Assembly (NCBI GenBank): GCA_963790475.1
Contig: CAWBOS010000010.1
Coordinates: 512,001 to 576,000 of the forward strand
Direction: 5' to 3'
Source of the DNA: an uncultured delta proteobacterium
GTDB lineage: Bacteria; Desulfobacterota; RBG-13-43-22
Length of the DNA: 64,000 nucleotides
Shown: one piece after another, positions 61,907 through 64,000 of the stretch
Position numbering within the stretch: the first letter of the stretch is position 1
How the letters are laid out: each line of letters opens with the position of its first letter
Made by a program: the position numbers and the translations under genes
The notes under the pieces: generated by a model
Seen by the model: only the letters and a program-made list of their open reading frames with translations
Database searches by the model: none
Told to the model about the DNA's origin: nothing

Positions 61907-62443
61907 ATGATCGATAAAAAGCTGTTGAAAAATCAGAACCCTTCCCATGCCAGAAAAGAGGCCATCATCCTCCTGGGTCATGGCAGCCGCGTGCCTGATG
62001 CGGCCAGAAATATGCAGAAAACGGCCGGGCGTCTAAAGGAAAAACATGGGTACGCCTTGGTCGAGATCTGTTTTATGTCCAGACTTGGACCTCATTTCCC
62101 GGAGGTTTTTCAATACTGTGTCCGCCTGGGTGCGACCAAAGTCCTGGTCATTCCTTATTTTCTCCACATGGGTCTGCACCTTCTGCTGGACATTCCCAAG
62201 ATGATGCAGCAAGAAGGAAAGAAGTACCCCCAGGTAGAACTGGTTCTTGGGAAAGGACTGGGATATGATGAATTGCTGGTGGATTTGGTTCATCAATGCA
62301 TCCAAAAATCTCGGGAAGAAAAAGATGTGAGAAATATGATTTTGCCGCCGGAAGAAAAATATCCGATCCCTCAGGGGCAGTACGAATTTGTTCCTATGAC
62401 CCCGGAGGAAGCGGCCAGGTACAAGAGAAAACCCCACTTTTAG
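61907..62443 (+). CDS. cbiX: Short CbiX/SirB-type cobaltochelatase
   Basis: ILLGHGSR, PYFLHMGLH...DIP; single domain plus a C-terminal tail. Confidence 0.85.
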   Translation: MIDKKLLKNQNPSHARKEAIILLGHGSRVPDAARNMQKTAGRLKEKHGYALVEICFMSRLGPHFPEVFQYCVRLGATKVLVIPYFLHMGLHLLLDIPKMMQQEGKKYPQVELVLGKGLGYDELLVDLVHQCIQKSREEKDVRNMILPPEEKYPIPQGQYEFVPMTPEEAARYKRKPHF

Positions 62444-62520
62444 GGGGTTATGATAAGATTTGTGCATGTTTTGCTGAAGATAACGGAAGGGGGTGGTGAG
62501 ATAGGAGAGAAGGTGAGTCT

Positions 62521-62688
62521 ATAAAGGATATGCTGTTAATCGGGGAATAAAGAACTGGAAAGGGGTGAGAATCCCCTGCTGTCCCGCAGCCGTGAAGGGA
62601 ACGAAAGCCCAATTAAATCCACTGTCATGAGTAAAGCCATGATGGGAAGGAGGGTGATTAGGGTGCCCGAAGCCGGAAGACCTTTTAT
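62521..62688 (+). ncRNA. Cobalamin riboswitch
   Basis: GGAAAGGGGTGAGAATCCCCTGCTGTCCCGCAGCCGTGA..TCCACTG..TGGGAAGG..AGCCGGAAGACC; lies upstream of cbiM. Confidence 0.85.
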
Positions 62689-62702
62689 TCCCGAAACCTC
62701 GA

Positions 62703-63473
62703 ATGAAGGAGAAAAACATGATTAAAAGAATCATTACAATGGCACTTGTGTTTTTATGGTCAGGGACGGCCTTTGCTGCCCATCCCCTTATTACCGATGA
62801 TACTGGCACACAGGGCAAGGGAAGATTCCAGCTTGAGTTTAATGGAGCGTATGGGTATGAAAATGAAAGTGGAGTCACAGAAGATATGATCCTGCTTGCA
62901 ACAGCACTAACCTACGGGATAGGTGATAATAGTGATGTGATTCTCGGCATCCCCTATCAGTTTATAAGAATAAAAGATTCAGAAAGCACAACCAGGTATG
63001 ACGGAATCTCAGATGTCTCCATTGATTTAAAATGGCGCTTTTATGAAAAAGACGGCCTTAGTTTGGCAATAAAACCAGGCATTACCCTTCCCACAGGGGA
63101 CAAAGAAAGGAGACTGGGCGCCGGAAGGACCACTTTCGGCCTGTTTTTCATTGCCACAAGGGAAATGAAGCCATGGGCATTCCACCTAACTCTCGGCTAT
63201 AAAAGAAACGAAAACAATATTAATGAAAGAAAAGACCTATGGCATGCCTCCCTGGCAGGAGAGATAGGGATTCTGAAAAACTTTAAAGCAGTTGCCAATA
63301 TCGGTGTTGCGAGAAATTCTGAGGAGGAATCAACTACTCATCCTGCATTCATCCTCGGGGGTTTCATCTATTCTCTTAATGAACAATTAGATGTCGATAG
63401 CGGAGTAAAAGCCGGACTCAATAAGGCCGAGGTGGACACCGTTCTGCTTGTAGGGCTAACCTACAGGTTTTAG
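62703..63473 (+). CDS. Putative outer-membrane beta-barrel transporter
   Basis: Signal peptide ending AFA, HPLITDDTGTQG start, alternating beta-strand pattern, terminal YRF. Confidence 0.75.
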   Translation: MKEKNMIKRIITMALVFLWSGTAFAAHPLITDDTGTQGKGRFQLEFNGAYGYENESGVTEDMILLATALTYGIGDNSDVILGIPYQFIRIKDSESTTRYDGISDVSIDLKWRFYEKDGLSLAIKPGITLPTGDKERRLGAGRTTFGLFFIATREMKPWAFHLTLGYKRNENNINERKDLWHASLAGEIGILKNFKAVANIGVARNSEEESTTHPAFILGGFIYSLNEQLDVDSGVKAGLNKAEVDTVLLVGLTYRF

Positions 63474-63482
63474 GAGATAAAA

Positions 63483-64000
63483 ATGAAAATTCAAAATTTA
63501 AAAATTCGAAGCCTTATTTTTGTGCTGTTTGGCTGCTTTTTATTTGCTGGCAATGCTTATGCCATGCATATTTCAGAGGGGATATTGCCCTGGAATTGGG
63601 CAGCGTTGTGGTTTATCCTTGCAGCGCCGTTTATTGCTGTTGGATTGCACAGGTTAAAGAAGCTTTCAAATAGTGACCTTTCATTTAAACCACTCGTTGG
63701 CCTCATGGCCGCGGTAGTCTTTATCATCTCCTGCATGCCCATACCTGTGCCAACTGCGGGGACGTGCTCCCATCCCTGCGGGACAGGGATCTCAGGGATA
63801 CTCCTTGGCCCGACTATCAGTATACTGATTACCGCAGTGGCACTTCTTATCCAGGCCCTTTTCCTTGCTCACGGCGGTTTAAGCACCTGGGGCGCGAACA
63901 TAATATCTATGGGTGTGATGGGCTCTTTTACAGGATATTTAACCTTCAAGGCATTACGCTCAATGAAGATAAACCTGGCCCTTTCAGGCTTCTTGGCAGG
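63483..64000 (+). CDS. cbiM: Cobalt ECF transporter S component, runs off the window end
   Basis: Not in the ORF track. MKIQNLK..NAYA|MHISEGILP.., GTCSHPCGTG, QALFLAHGGLSTWGAN. Confidence 0.92.
   Translation, partial: MKIQNLKIRSLIFVLFGCFLFAGNAYAMHISEGILPWNWAALWFILAAPFIAVGLHRLKKLSNSDLSFKPLVGLMAAVVFIISCMPIPVPTAGTCSHPCGTGISGILLGPTISILITAVALLIQALFLAHGGLSTWGANIISMGVMGSFTGYLTFKALRSMKINLALSGFLA

Overview
Chromosomal window (roughly 50% GC by eye) from an anaerobic Gram-negative bacterium, probably a Desulfobacterota/deltaproteobacterium. This is inferred from gene content, not from a marker gene. 1-13 kb is housekeeping: purC, a receiver-domain-LpxC fusion, acyl-CoA dehydrogenase, GAF-GAF plus mreB, ispG, proS, relA/spoT, rpmB, purM. 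13-54 kb is an accessory metabolic patchwork: flavoproteins, a TPP enzyme, a diguanylate cyclase, etfBA with a GlcD/LctD-type oxidoreductase, a fused IorA-IorB molybdoenzyme, a liv-type ABC transporter, tcuAB and CoA enzymes. It also holds many decayed genes (single-base frameshifts and internal-deletion chimeras) and nested palindromic REP/MITE-like repeats. 54.6-64 kb is a cobalamin-riboswitch-controlled cob/cbi cluster running into cbiM. Three cobalamin riboswitches are present. The most striking unannotated signal is on the minus strand at about 22.9-23.7 kb. A cobalamin riboswitch leads into a hidden, broken 4Fe-4S ferredoxin and then a tiny ORF with a strong RBS. That ORF reads C-x-x-C-x-x-UGA-x-x-UGA and is followed by a SECIS-like hairpin, making it a candidate B12-regulated micro-selenoprotein. 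The second most notable item is an intact phospho-receiver domain fused to LpxC.
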